In this document: piece by piece, positions 12,237 to 23,926 of the stretch | Numbering within the stretch: position 1 is the stretch's first letter | Layout of the letters: every line of letters starts with the position of its first letter | Source of the DNA: Lingula anatina | Taxonomy: Eukaryota > Animalia > Brachiopoda | NCBI GenBank assembly: GCA_051362555.1 | Contig: CM120647.1 | Coordinates: 9,796,001 to 9,860,000 of the forward strand | Length of the DNA: 64,000 nt | Reading direction: 5' to 3' | Translations under genes and position numbers: made by a program | Notes under the pieces: model-generated | Seen by the model: only the letters and a program-made list of their open reading frames with translations | Databases searched by the model: none | What the model was told of the DNA's origin: nothing

Positions 12237-13519
12237 CAAAGATATATACAAATTCATCCTTGTAAGACAAATGTCCAAAAGGCAGATATTTTCCTATAGG
12301 TGGAATGCTGACTGTACATGAAATGACACAAAATATTTAAATTTAAACTAAATGAAAACTGAATAAAAAATATATCACCTGTTGGAGATCCACTACCCAT
12401 ACATCCCAGGTACATCTTCTGTCCAAAGCCTATATCATACAGCTCACCTGGAAAGGACAAGGTTGAAAAAATGAAAAAAAAATTTTTTGTAAAAAAATCA
12501 TTCATTCCTATAATTGCATGGTTGGGAAACCAGCCAATATTCTGGGTCTTTGGAATTCCAAGTAAATAAAATATTGAAATTAAAATACCCCCCCCTTTTT
12601 CATTTGTTTCTCCAAAAATTTCAATTTAGGACTAGTGTGGTATTGACATGTTTCAGTAGGACAGTTTATTTACATACATTGATAACTATGTTAAAAAAAA
12701 TGTAATGCTGGTATTGTTTCAAGTATGTAATTGCTGTTAAGTTGTTTTGCAGAAATCCATGTCTTGCTGCCACATATCAGGTAACACATAATATATATTT
12801 TATGTGATCACTGACATCACTTATTATTACCAACTTCAGGCTTCAGATAAGACCCTTCCCTGACTAAGGCTGTGTAGTTCAAAAAAGGAGGCAGAATGAT
12901 GATCAACAAGATGTACTTCAGGCTTCCCACCAGCGTGGATCTGAACGTCTTTGTGTCCGCCTGCATTACATTGCCTTCTTTGTTCTCTTTTTTCTTCTTT
13001 TTGCCATCCTTTGCAGGCTGTAATTATAAAAATATACCTGTTCATTCTCTGTTGAAAATATAGACTAATTTCACTGCATGGTGTCAAAGATATAGATATG
13101 CTATGAAAATATAATACCAATATCTATTGAGAATAGAGAACCTTTACTTATGGACAACTTTTACATTCAAGGTACAAACACTCAACTATATTGCATACCC
13201 GGAATAGCAAACATATATTAAGAGCAATTGTAATGGTATAAAAACACTAAAAAATAGAGTAAAAAGTCTTAGTAACATGCAAGAGAATACTCAAGAGTGG
13301 GTGAGGGGCTTATCTCCCTAAAATTGGTTACTGTGGTCTTAAACCCACGAGGTTATAAATTAAACTCAATAATTACGGTTAACACCGTCACTTCCCTGTA
13401 CAATGTACCTTCGGCTTAGCATCCCCAGCTCCATCACTTGGAGCGTCTTTTTCCTCCCCCGACGTTCCTTCCGAAATTTTCTTCGTCTGCCTGGGATCAT
13501 TTGCTTGCTTGCGCACCAT
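8428..13519 (-). CDS. Alpha/beta-hydrolase-fold protein with N-terminal membrane anchor, 11 exons, ~422 aa
   Basis: Exons 13409-13519, 12831-13017, 12379-12447, 12117-12193, 11681-11731, 11482-11561, 10751-10870, 10174-10254, 9574-9712, 8977-9156, 8428-8601. All are GT-AG and phase-compatible, total 1269 nt. Motifs CMGSGSPTVILDA, VCVYDRAGLGYSD, LILVGSELGG, VVLVDP and C-terminal GADH. Confidence 0.88.
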
Positions 13520-13949
13520 TGTCTGTGATAAAGTTGCGGTAAATCTGACGTCTACAGCTTCTCTTCTTCTCGATTAATGTTTTGTTTCCACGTGTGTACG
13601 CAGCCTCGCTTTCGTCCCTACTTCCGTTTATAAATAAAACCCCACTTATTTATATCTTAGAAAGTCAAACATCCTCTCAGTTAGACATGTCTAATGCAAA
13701 CAATAAAATGAATTAACTTTTTTTAAACTTGCATGTTTTGATACACAATTCAGAAAACTAAATAGAAAATTTTAAGTAAAACTAATCTCTCCTCCTGTCT
13801 TTCCCCAAAAAATATGGAACATCGTTGAGCCTCGGTTTCGCGCAAGGCCAAGGTCAATAAAACTGGCTCTGAAAAGTCTTTTCTCAGTTGCCCTCAATAA
13901 ACTTGTTTTCCCGTATGCTCGGAGAGTGTCAGTCAATTTTTGCAGCAAA
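13520..13949. promoter_or_regulatory. Putative bidirectional promoter between the hydrolase gene and TDP2
   Basis: 430 bp between divergent ATGs (13519 and 13950). CpG is retained locally. CACGTG at ~13589, CTTCCG (ETS-like) at ~13621, TCGCGCA at ~13838. Confidence 0.6.
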
Positions 13950-15943
13950 ATGAGCGACTCGGAAGACGAGAGCAACTTACCATCTGCCCAGGAATGTGAT
14001 CGGCGTTCCAAGGAGTTTGCAGCTCTCACAAACACGGACACGGCGTTGGCGATGTTTTATCTTCAAGACAGGGACTGGGACTTGCAGGTATAGTATTGGT
14101 TATTGGCCTTATTTCTGCTGTTACCCTGGCCTGGTACAAAATGATGGCGATTAAGTTAGGTGAGTTATGGACATAAAATGTTAATTTGCACATGAAATTT
14201 TGCGACATGAGCAATTTTCTGGTGTACAAGAAAGGTTGTGAAATTATATTATAATTTGTGTTAGTGTTCACTGTCCCAATATTGAATTGTTAATTAACAC
14301 TAAATGATTTTTTCAGTTGGTTTGTATTATGAATTTAACAAGTATTGAAACTTTCAAAGCTCCAGTCGCCCATTGTATTTCACTTCTTGATTGTTACAGT
14401 ACTAGTAGGTACTAGCATCTGTGAATCTACTTAGCTTTGTTTTCAGAGAGCAGTGAATGCTTTCTTTGAGGAGAATGACTTTGAAGCAGCTGGTAGTAAG
14501 AGTACTGGAAGTTCGGCATCTACTGTGATGACACCACAGAGTCCATCTCTTCCAAGGTAAATGTTTGTATAACCAGTATATGCAGATTGATCCCAAATAA
14601 GGAAGAATTAAGTTGTGTTATGAAGACTTTTTAAAGTGTGTAAAAAGACGGTAGGGAATACCTTTTGTGTTCCACATGATTTGCCTTGTTTTATGATCAT
14701 GATGCATTTTTAGGGACCAAAATCTAGTGTGAAGTGTGATTTAGGGACTTCATTGATCTGCATGGTTGGTTTATATTCGTAGGCATTATTGGCTATTCAC
14801 CTTCTAAATGAGCATGATTTGTGAAAATATAGCATTAGCTTTACAGTAATGTTGGTCAAAGACCTTGGTGATTGGCGACTGAGTTGTTTTAATCTTGGTG
14901 AGTGGTGATTTGGCGGGGGGGGGGGGAGTATTCCCCACCCTCTAGTAATGAATCCCTATATGACATGTTCAGCTACCACTGGATTTAAAAAAAACAACAA
15001 AAAACCCTAGGTGATGATTTTAAATTCAGTATCAAAATATTTCAGACTTAAAAGAAAAGAGCCAACTTTTTTTAATCGTTCTTCAGCATGGACCCTGAGC
15101 CTCACAGAATAAGGATCTTATCTTGGAACATTGATGGACTGGACATGGGAAATATCAGAACCAGGGCCAAAGCTGTCTGTGAAAATATTATGAGGTATGC
15201 CATCCTAGCTGGTGCCATTTCACAAGTCTCCTGTATAAATATTTCTATAGATATACCAAAGAGTACTCCAATAAAAAATATTTTGAAATTATCAGATCTC
15301 TTTCCCTATGAAGGTATAATTGTTCTACGTAGATTGATACAGCTTCTCAGGCACTGTTATTGAATGCAACGAGATTAACTGATTAACACGTCTCCTAGTT
15401 TCTGATGTGCTCATATAACCACCAGCTTAATTGTCTGCATTCTGCTCAATGCCAGGGGAGGGGTGTTATTCTGTAATGTCAATGGTAAATCACTGTCATT
15501 GTAAAAAAATGCATGCACTTACTATGAAAAAATGAATAAGCATGAACTGATACAGTGTAGCTTCATAAATAATATTTGACAGATAGATTAATGAATTAAG
15601 GAATAAATTCAATTGGACCAGAAGTCATATTTTACGTGATATAATTTTATATGGATAAACTGGCTGATAAATAAATAGTGAAATGATAGTTTAAATCCTT
15701 GTTGCAGGGAGACCCCCGATGTAGTATTCCTTCAAGAGTTTGTCACTGAAATGTCAGACATCTTTGACAAGCACTGTGGTCCCAGCTACGAACGGTTCCA
15801 AGCAGCCAGTGATGCTTACTACACAGCCATGTTGCTGAAGAAACAGACAGTGAAATGTACAGAGACCAAAGTGGTTCCTTTCTACACTAGTAGGATGGGG
15901 AGGGCACTGCAGAGTGCACAGGTTTGTTCAGTGTACATGCACG

Positions 15944-15990
<47 letters not shown>

Positions 15991-16180
15991 GGGCGGATTT
16001 ATGCCGTCTTCTTGGTCTTCTGGAAGACAGTCAGATTTTCAAGTTTTCATTGACAGGTATCTATTTTTTTATTTTTCTGTCGTAAGACAGTCAAAAATGG
16101 AGGCTGGAGCAACAAAGATCATTTGGAAGGCTGTCAGAAACTATTTTGGAAGACTGTCAGAAAACATCTCTGGATCCTCC

Positions 16181-16224
<44 letters not shown>

Positions 16225-17857
16225 TGTGCACAAGCATGTTTGTCTACATGTTTGGTACATGTCATTATATGTTTGCGTGTGTTTTTGATATTTGTGCGTG
16301 AAGATTTTGTGCATGTGTAAGCATGTTTGAAAAAGATGAAGAGATGAAATAAAATAGTGAATAAAAACAGAAAAAAAAACTCCACAATAAACAGCATTTT
16401 TGAAAGAGAGAGAGAGAAATAGCTGACACCAAAATTAAAATATAGCAGCACTTCAAGCAAACCTTTATAATATAATATAATTTCAGGCAGAAGTGAAAGG
16501 CATTCCAATGACACTGATCACCAGTCACCTGGAGTCCACCAAAGATCATGCTGAAGAGAGAAAGAGACAACTTACTGCAGCTCTTAGGGCTGTCACTGAG
16601 GCAGAGGGCAGCAGGACTGTAGTGTTTGGTGGAGACTTGAACTTACGTGACCCAGAGGTACATATCATACAAGCTAGCTATAGGGCAGGGGCAGATCCAG
16701 AGATATTTTCTGACAGCAGACTTGAGCTTTTTCTGCAGAAACGCAGTATTCTGAGTTTTGTAATTCAATTTTGATGGTTCCTGAGATTCTTCAAGATCTT
16801 CAATAAAATTGGCGTTGGGTCCTATAATAAATGTTCAAATTTTTTTAAAACCTAGACGCAAGTCTGTGACAGTCTTTCAAATTATCTTTGGTGATCCATC
16901 CTCCATTTTTGGCCATCTTCTGACAGAGATAATTACATGCTGGTCACTGTAACTTGAAAAATTCTGACTGTCTTCCGGAAGACCCAGAGGACGGTCTCCG
17001 TCCGCCCCTGAAAGAGGTTGAACACCAAAGCAGGATGTCTTGATTTTTGTGAGCATCCAATGGCTCGCTAAATCAAGGCAGATCAAAAGCTCAGCACATG
17101 TGCTATATTTTAAGGACACATTTGTGATGAAGCAAGCCAAGATAATGTAGTTACTCCTTGCACATATTATTTGAAGTATTTTGTGTGTTAAAGAGTCAAA
17201 ATGGGAGAATTTCTTTATGTTTCCTGTCTAGGAGTTCAAACCCCTTATACTATATGTTCTAGTAATAGAGAGCATTTCTCATTTGGGCAAAAGTGAGACA
17301 TATATTTTAGTTTGTAATATTTGTTAGTCCATAAATTTTCAAGTTGAAAACTTAACAGTAATAATACACGAATGAAAACGGGTTCTCTTTAGTTTGTTTA
17401 AATAATATTTTTTACTAATTTAAAATGGTATTTTATTTAAAATATTTAAATGCTTTATAGCAAATTTTGAAAACCAGCAGTACTTTTACTGTTCAATTGG
17501 GAGTTTTTTTTTTTTTTTTTTGTTAGAAAAGCCTGAATGTGAAAACGTATGCATTTGTTTATTCCCCAGCTTGCTGCCATTGGCGGTCTCCCTGACAACA
17601 TATATGACCTCTGGGAGGTCACAGGAAAACGTAAAGAAGCCGCTTTCACCTGGGACCTTACACGCAATGACAACTTGGAATGGCAAGCACGCTTTAGACC
17701 AAAATGTCGATTTGACCGTTTGTACATCAGACACAGCACTCCAAGGACGCAACTGAAGCCAGTTTACTTTGAGTTGACAGGACTTGAGAGAATACCAGGA
17801 TGTAGGAGGTTCCCTAGCGACCACTGGGGTATTCTGGCACACTTTGATAAAGTGTAG
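13950..17857 (+). CDS. TDP2: Tyrosyl-DNA phosphodiesterase 2, 6 exons, ~342 aa
   Basis: Exons 13950-14087, 14447-14556, 15087-15194, 15708-15921, 16487-16657, 17570-17857, total 1029 nt. UBA-like N-terminus (FAALTNTDTALAMFYLQDRDWDLQRAVNAFF). EEP-family motifs SWNIDGL, VVFLQE, TSHLES, GGDLNLR, TWD, RFDR, FPSDHWG. Confidence 0.96.
15988..16184. mobile_element. MITE family A inserted in a (TG)n microsatellite in TDP2 intron 4
   Basis: caggggcggat ... atcctcccctg with (TG)n on both sides. Confidence 0.75.
16686..17010. mobile_element. MITE family A interrupted by a second MITE (16717-16866)
   Basis: Outer termini caggggcagat/tccgcccctg. Inner element cagacttg...caagtctg with duplicated TGACAG (16711-16716, 16867-16872). 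Inner-family relatives at 40956-41075 and ~53500-53593. Confidence 0.75.
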
Positions 17858-17985
17858 TGACAGCTGGTTTCCTAGCAACCACTTGTTTTTTAGAGTTGGT
17901 TTCCTAGCAACTACTTATTTTTCAGTGAAGGACATACCGGTAACGTCAGCAGTGGAAATCTGGTTTGTTTTACTTTGATGCACTA

Positions 17986-18244
17986 AGGCTTCGTTCACAT
18001 GCAATGTCTATTTTCTAAATTCTATTTTCTATTTGCGGTATGTCTTATGATCACGGTCTGTGGCCTGAATATCCCGCGGCGTAATTACTGGCAGCGCGAG
18101 CCAGTTACTATAAGTTACTATAAGTAACTGGCTCGCGCTGCCAGTAATTACGCGGCGGGATATTCAGGACACAGACCGTGATCATAAGATAGCGCAAATA
18201 GAAAATAGAAATTAGAAAATAGACATTGCATGTGAACGAAGCCT
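17986..18244. mobile_element. Near-perfect fold-back (palindromic) MITE, Harbinger-like termini
   Basis: aggcttcgttcacatgcaatgtctatttt... pairs with ...aaaatagacattgcatgtgaacgaagcct over about 120 bp per arm, around a short loop with duplicated agttactata. Confidence 0.8.
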
Positions 18245-19208
18245 AGGTCTGAGAAAACAAAAACTTGTAATTAAAGCTAGACGATTACAGGGACCAAACA
18301 GCAAAGAAATATAAGAAAATACTTTTGTAAAAATAAGAAGTTCAAAGAAATTCAGTAGCATTTAGTAAGATAGACGGCATTTTTTTTTTTTATTTAACAA
18401 TTACTTCTGAAACAGCAAAAGGTAGAAGTAAATGTATAAAACAACTAAACTGTGTTTGGAAGTAATACTAACAAGCTGCAACAGTAGGTAACTTTTTCAT
18501 CATCAGAAAATACAAAACTAAAACCATTCTCTCCAATTATTTATTTGATAATAAACAACAAATCCACTCACACAAGGATGTTCTAAACAACACATCATTA
18601 AATGACAGATTTAAGCTAGAGGAAAGAGAAGAGAACACTAATAAGTTTGTAATCATATCAATTACACAGTAATCAAGCATGTGGCAGTTATAGAACAATT
18701 AAACACTATAAACAATTTGAGACCTAGTGGTTCTTCGAAATGTCACAGAAAAAAGTCTTAAATCAAATGGGTGTAGTATACAAGTGAACATCACACACCA
18801 ACTCTGTCCTTTAAGTGCTTGGAGGTTATTAAATGCATTGCAGGCTCACAAATTAGCTGGCATTGTACATGACTGAAAGAACAGACTGTGACGAACAGAG
18901 TCCTATTTGGGGGGAGGAAAACTTTTAACTGCAATCTACGTGATGACTTTCTTTCAACTTGCTATTCTCTTGCCATCTCTCCAGCATTTCACTGAAATAA
19001 ACAATAATAGAAAGACCCTTAACACGGTGAAAGGTATGAATTTCAAAGCTGAAATTCACTTTTAGTTCTGTTGACGATACTAGTCTAAACACATTTTGCA
19101 GAAAGCCGGTGCCCCACTCCTTTCCTCATTGTTAAAAAAGTTGATCAATTGTCAGATAAATTGTGAGCGGCCTAAGTAGGTCCTTGTGTCCTATCTCTTC
19201 TTCTTGTC

Positions 19209-19277
19209 CTACTTCTTATCATCCTTATCATCGTCTTCTTCGTAGTGGTGATGGCTTTTAATCTTGTCAATACTTTC
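19209..19277 (-). CDS. ATP5IF1: Putative alternative terminal coding exon (6b) of ATP5IF1: ESIDKIKSHHHYEEDDDKDDKK*
   Basis: Acceptor ctttttattccag, phase 0 matching the exon 5 donor at 20891. The peptide resembles exon 6a in composition (His, acidic tract, terminal KK). Confidence 0.65.
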   Translation of the reverse strand, partial: ESIDKIKSHHHYEEDDDKDDKK

Positions 19278-19359
19278 CTGGAATAAAAAGTAAAAAAACT
19301 TGTAAAAAATGTAAAAGAATAAAAAAGCTTCACTTTTTAAGTCAAATTCATTTTAATAC

Positions 19360-19391
<32 letters not shown>

Positions 19392-20579
19392 TTTTCACAA
19401 GAATGTGAAGCTGGGTGTTATTCTAACAATTTTTATTAGAATTGACATAAACATCACTCAAAACATAAGCATAGCAAAAAAGGTTTTTAAACCCAATACA
19501 TATATTTATATACATAACACAATATCTTTAAGTGATGTTATGTTATAATGCATTCTAATAAGTTAGATTATGTGCTAGTATTTACAGCATTTTTATGTAC
19601 TAATATAAACAATTTTCCATGCATTTACTACACAGTGCAAAATAATTTCCTTAAAGCAAAATCTACACATAAATCACTATGTAAACAAAGGATTCCTAAA
19701 TGATAGGAAACTATCACACCGATAACAAACACATCTACAACTAAAACCAATTTCGTACCCTCCGTAAAAAAATATATATAAAAAAATTTAAAGAGCACAT
19801 CACCATTTTGAATTTTCAGGCAACTTCCAGCAATTTAAAACCAGATAATTTAAAACCAGAATGCACAATTGCATGAGTAAAATTGCCCATTTTGCAACAG
19901 ACATGCTTTAACACACAGTATATACCGAACTTGTTTTATTATAGTGCTGTACCGAATATTGCAACTTTTCTCCTCCTTGCTGTAGAGAGAGAGAGACAGA
20001 GACAGAAAAACAGAATTTTGTTTATCATCAATTATAGTTATTATTCTCTGCTAAACTGGATGTCCTAACAGACAGAGAACAATAACTGATTTTCGATGCT
20101 GACTGACAGTCGATTAAATCAGCTGATGAAATTCTATGTCTGGAAAAAGCAAGCAGACAGCAAAGCCTCATCTTGTTCCTAAAGCAGAGTGTAAAGCAAG
20201 CAGAAAAAGGCATTTGCAATCAGGCCAGGAGTGAAGCCAGTCATTTGAAGGGGCAGGGGTTGGGTTTTTTTTTTTTTTTTTTTTTTTTTTTTGAAAAAGT
20301 GGATCATTTTACAAAAAAAATTCTTATATAACTAGGATCAAATCTAGATTCAGAGAGGATCTATTCCCAGCCAAAAGGACAAAAAAAGGTGCACTCTGAA
20401 TCAAAACTTAACAGTATTGTTCAAACCCAGCCCCCTTTCTTTCCTGTCTACAGATCTGGCTATTGACTATTATATATTTATATATATATATAGAGAGAGA
20501 GAGAGAAAAGCAAAGGTATACATCGCAGGCATGCAGCTTTGCTATATTTCTAAGAGGGAGCACATAAATATATCTAACT

Positions 20580-21243
20580 TTATTTCTTTTTATCATCATC
20601 GCTGTCACTATCACTTTCCAAATGGTCCAAATCCTTTTGCAGTTTCTTATGACGTTTTATAATATCCTGAAAGTAGAGTATGCAGTCCAGATTTCAACCA
20701 CAGAGCACAAAGTAAATGATATGAGAAAAGTTGGAGTCCAGCTTTGACTTTCACTGCCTGGAAATAAAATTGTAAGGCAATCGATTTACATTTGAAAATG
20801 CCAACTCTTTGCACACCTGATATTAAATCCTTTTAAATTAAATGTACTATAATTCAGTTTCAATTTGATATAAACTAACACAAAACTCACCTGGTGATGT
20901 TTTATCACTTCTTCATGGTATGATATCTGATCTTCGTGAATTTTCTTTATTTCAGCAAGTTGCTCTGCGTTCTAAAATATGACATAACTGACATTTATAT
21001 TTCAAGTTGGACACTTCTTCCTTGCAAAAGATTTCAAACTTTGCATAGATATATATATTCTTTAAAAAATTACATGACTTGCTGCCTTTCCAATACAATT
21101 TAAACATGAACAACATCATTTATAGCTCCATGTTTTTCTTTCACTATTTAGATACCTGGTTAAAATGTTAAACCTTGAATTAACAAATAAAATGTATTTA
21201 AAGACTCCATCTCTCTCTTTCTCTCTATCTTTCTCTTTTTAAC

Positions 21244-21275
<32 letters not shown>

Positions 21276-23150
21276 TTTTCCTCCTCAAATTTACCTTTCT
21301 TCTGAAGTACTCCTCCTCTCTGGCAGCCTCCATCTTGCCGAAGGTGCCGCCTGCTTCTCTGTAAATATACACAGTTAAAATGAATATAATCACTTACTAT
21401 AATCCACATACCATGTATATCAGTATTATAACTGCAGGAGAAAAATTCAGCACACACAGAAATTTATTTTTCAAACTTTACCACCTTCAAACCATTTCAC
21501 TAGTTAAAATGTAAACAGGGCTTTTCCCAGGATTGGGGGTACAGGCCTTCCAAAATTATCATCTGTAATTTTCTACACAATTTCTGGGAGTCCAAGCCAT
21601 CATTTTTCAAAAAAATTTATGTGTCGTCTTTGAAAATATGGGCTGTCCAATGATGCTGCCGGCCGTCCAAATGACAGCTGGACAGTTTGCAGGGAAAAGC
21701 CTTCACTGTATTATATTCATGCACATATTTTCATTAAAAAATAACAAATTTTAAATTAAAGGTGATTTAACAAGTTATACATTACCTAATGGAGCCACCA
21801 GAGCCTCCACCCTGTAAGACAAGTTACACATTAAATTCATATGCAAAAATTATACTAAGAATTAATTCTAAGTACTTTGTTTGTACATTTCTAAACAACT
21901 GAAAACTTGCACTGTCATTCTTATTTTCATTCGCATCAAGTCATCCCCTAGTTTATCTTCATTCATGTGTAAAGTCACTTGTTTGATCACATGTTATTTG
22001 ACATTCTTTATTATTTCTGTATACTAGTAAACTAAACACGTATTTATCATGTAAAATTTTTGTACTTATGTTATATAAAACAATATTTTCCTTATTTTTA
22101 CTAAAAACTTAATTTATATTTACCATGTTTTTACCTTAAATAAATAAATAAAGTGTTAAAAAATCATCATGTACCTGGGGGCGTCTCAATGATCCAAAGG
22201 TTCACTGGTCTGAAAAATCTTATGCAGGCACCTCTGATGAACTTCATTTCATTGTCAGTACACTATACACTTTACTCATGCATTAACTTGGGCTATCAAA
22301 CCCTTACGAAAAAGTCCTATAGGATCCTATAGGATCTTATAGGATCCTATAGGACTTTTTCGTTAGGGAACCTTCAGACCAATGAACCTTTGTACCATAC
22401 CTACGGCTCCATGTATCTTTCAGAGGACTTACCTTTCCGGCTCCACTGCCCCACTCTCCACTGGACGTTGAGGACATCATCCGAACTGGAGCAGTGTATG
22501 CACTGCACAACAGACGTGCTCTGGGAGTTAAAAAATATTTCAAGTAAAACATGCATGTATAATTTTCATTTTACTCAACTTTTTCGAAACTGCTACCTGA
22601 TTGAATTTATATAATGTGCCTGTCTTGCCTAGTTCACATTTTTGAAGAAATTTAGTATAAAAGATGTAAATGACATGCAAAAACTAACATTCTGATTGAT
22701 GAAAATACACTGTATGTCAGTCAATGAAACTTAGAAACAGAACTACCGCTACCCACTGTTCTACAACTTAGCAGACTTTTCAGAATCTCAGAGCCGTTTC
22801 TGACAAACTAGTCTCACGCAGTAATTTTTCACTTCTAGTGAAAGCTGGTGGAACATTACCCCAATTTGTAGAGGTGTTAGCAAAAACAATCAACGAAACA
22901 ACGCAGTAAATGTCGTCACTTGTTTTCTAGAAGAGGTCAGGCGAGGAGAAGAAGTGAAATCATCAAATTTTAAGCGCATATTCTTTCCTAAAACTGGACT
23001 GAAGTGCAAGTGGCAATATTTTAAACTCAACGCAAAAGGATGAAAGATGCAGAAGAAATTAAGTGAATGCTACTCAGGCCTCAAGAAATGTGAATTTCAG
23101 ACTTATTTTTACCTGCAAACAAACATTCTTGCGTTCACGAGGGAAGCCAT
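20580..23150 (-). CDS. ATP5IF1: Mitochondrial F1Fo ATPase inhibitor IF1, 6 exons, ~127 aa with proximal terminal exon 6a
   Basis: Exons 23113-23150, 22433-22520, 21786-21811, 21295-21358, 20891-20971, 20580-20666. Arg/Ser-rich transit peptide, [36 protein letters not shown], His-rich coiled coil EQLAEIKKIHEDQISYHEEVIKHHQ-DIIKRHKKL. Confidence 0.95.
22301..22368. mobile_element. 68-bp palindromic mini-element with CCC...GGG termini
   Basis: cccttacgaaaaagtcctatag ... ctataggactttttcgttaggg with internal 10-bp aggatcctat repeats, flanked by AA/AA. Similar termini at 39393-39554. Confidence 0.6.
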
Positions 23151-23513
23151 GGTGGAAATCGACCTTCAAGACATGACAAACCCGAAAGCTGCCAGTCACG
23201 TAACCTTATTTTATTTAAAAGTGGTCTTTTCTCAGATGTGATATATTATAACTATGAGTTTAACCATGGCAAAAAGGAACGCTTTCGTATTTATTGCGTA
23301 TGAAAATTAATTCACATATTTTTCTTGGGTAAATATGTAATTAACAACACGCTAGGTGGCGCGTAAAGTCTCGCGCACTTTAAACCAATCGGAGTGCAGC
23401 ATAGCTTCCACAAGTCTTGTGTTTACCTGTCGGCCCAGAAAGAGGGAAATCATTAAATATACAAAAGGCCTTTTAACGATGACTTATGCAACGTTAGAGA
23501 AGTTATAATGAAG
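23151..23513. promoter_or_regulatory. Putative bidirectional promoter of ATP5IF1 and a non-coding first exon (donor at 23513) probably of the SLCO gene
   Basis: CTCF-like cacgctaggtggcgc (23348-23362), TCTCGCGCA (~23369), CCAAT (~23386), consensus donor AAG|gtgagt at 23513/23514, local CpG enrichment. No intervening gene was recognised before the SLCO acceptor at 41410. Confidence 0.5.
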
Positions 23514-23751
23514 GTGAGTATTTGTAAGGATCGTGTTATTTGTTTAAGTTAAGTTTATCTCTTTTTGTTATGTTAGAGAGACCGTCGGGGATACAACTCG
23601 CGAACTCTGGCTCTGGCTGTCAAAATATGGGTCAGTTAGGCCGGTCAGTTACCGCTGGCCTTAGGTTGCCCTCCGGACGCTACTGGTCACTACCTACTGT
23701 GTGATGTAGCTCAGTCATTAACTGCATACTAGAAGATTTTTACACTCTCTT

Positions 23752-23926
<175 letters not shown>

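Noticed and set aside
15914-16570. CV/HT-rich ORFs (also 23729-23953, 48238-48694)
   Set aside because: Microsatellite translations.
20647-20757. Upstream IF1 acceptor (ttttatttccag at 20758-20760) giving AVKVKAGLQLFSYHLLCALWLKSG...
   Set aside because: The peptide is not IF1-like, while the acceptor at 20667-20669 gives the expected coiled-coil continuation. Not excluded as a minor isoform.
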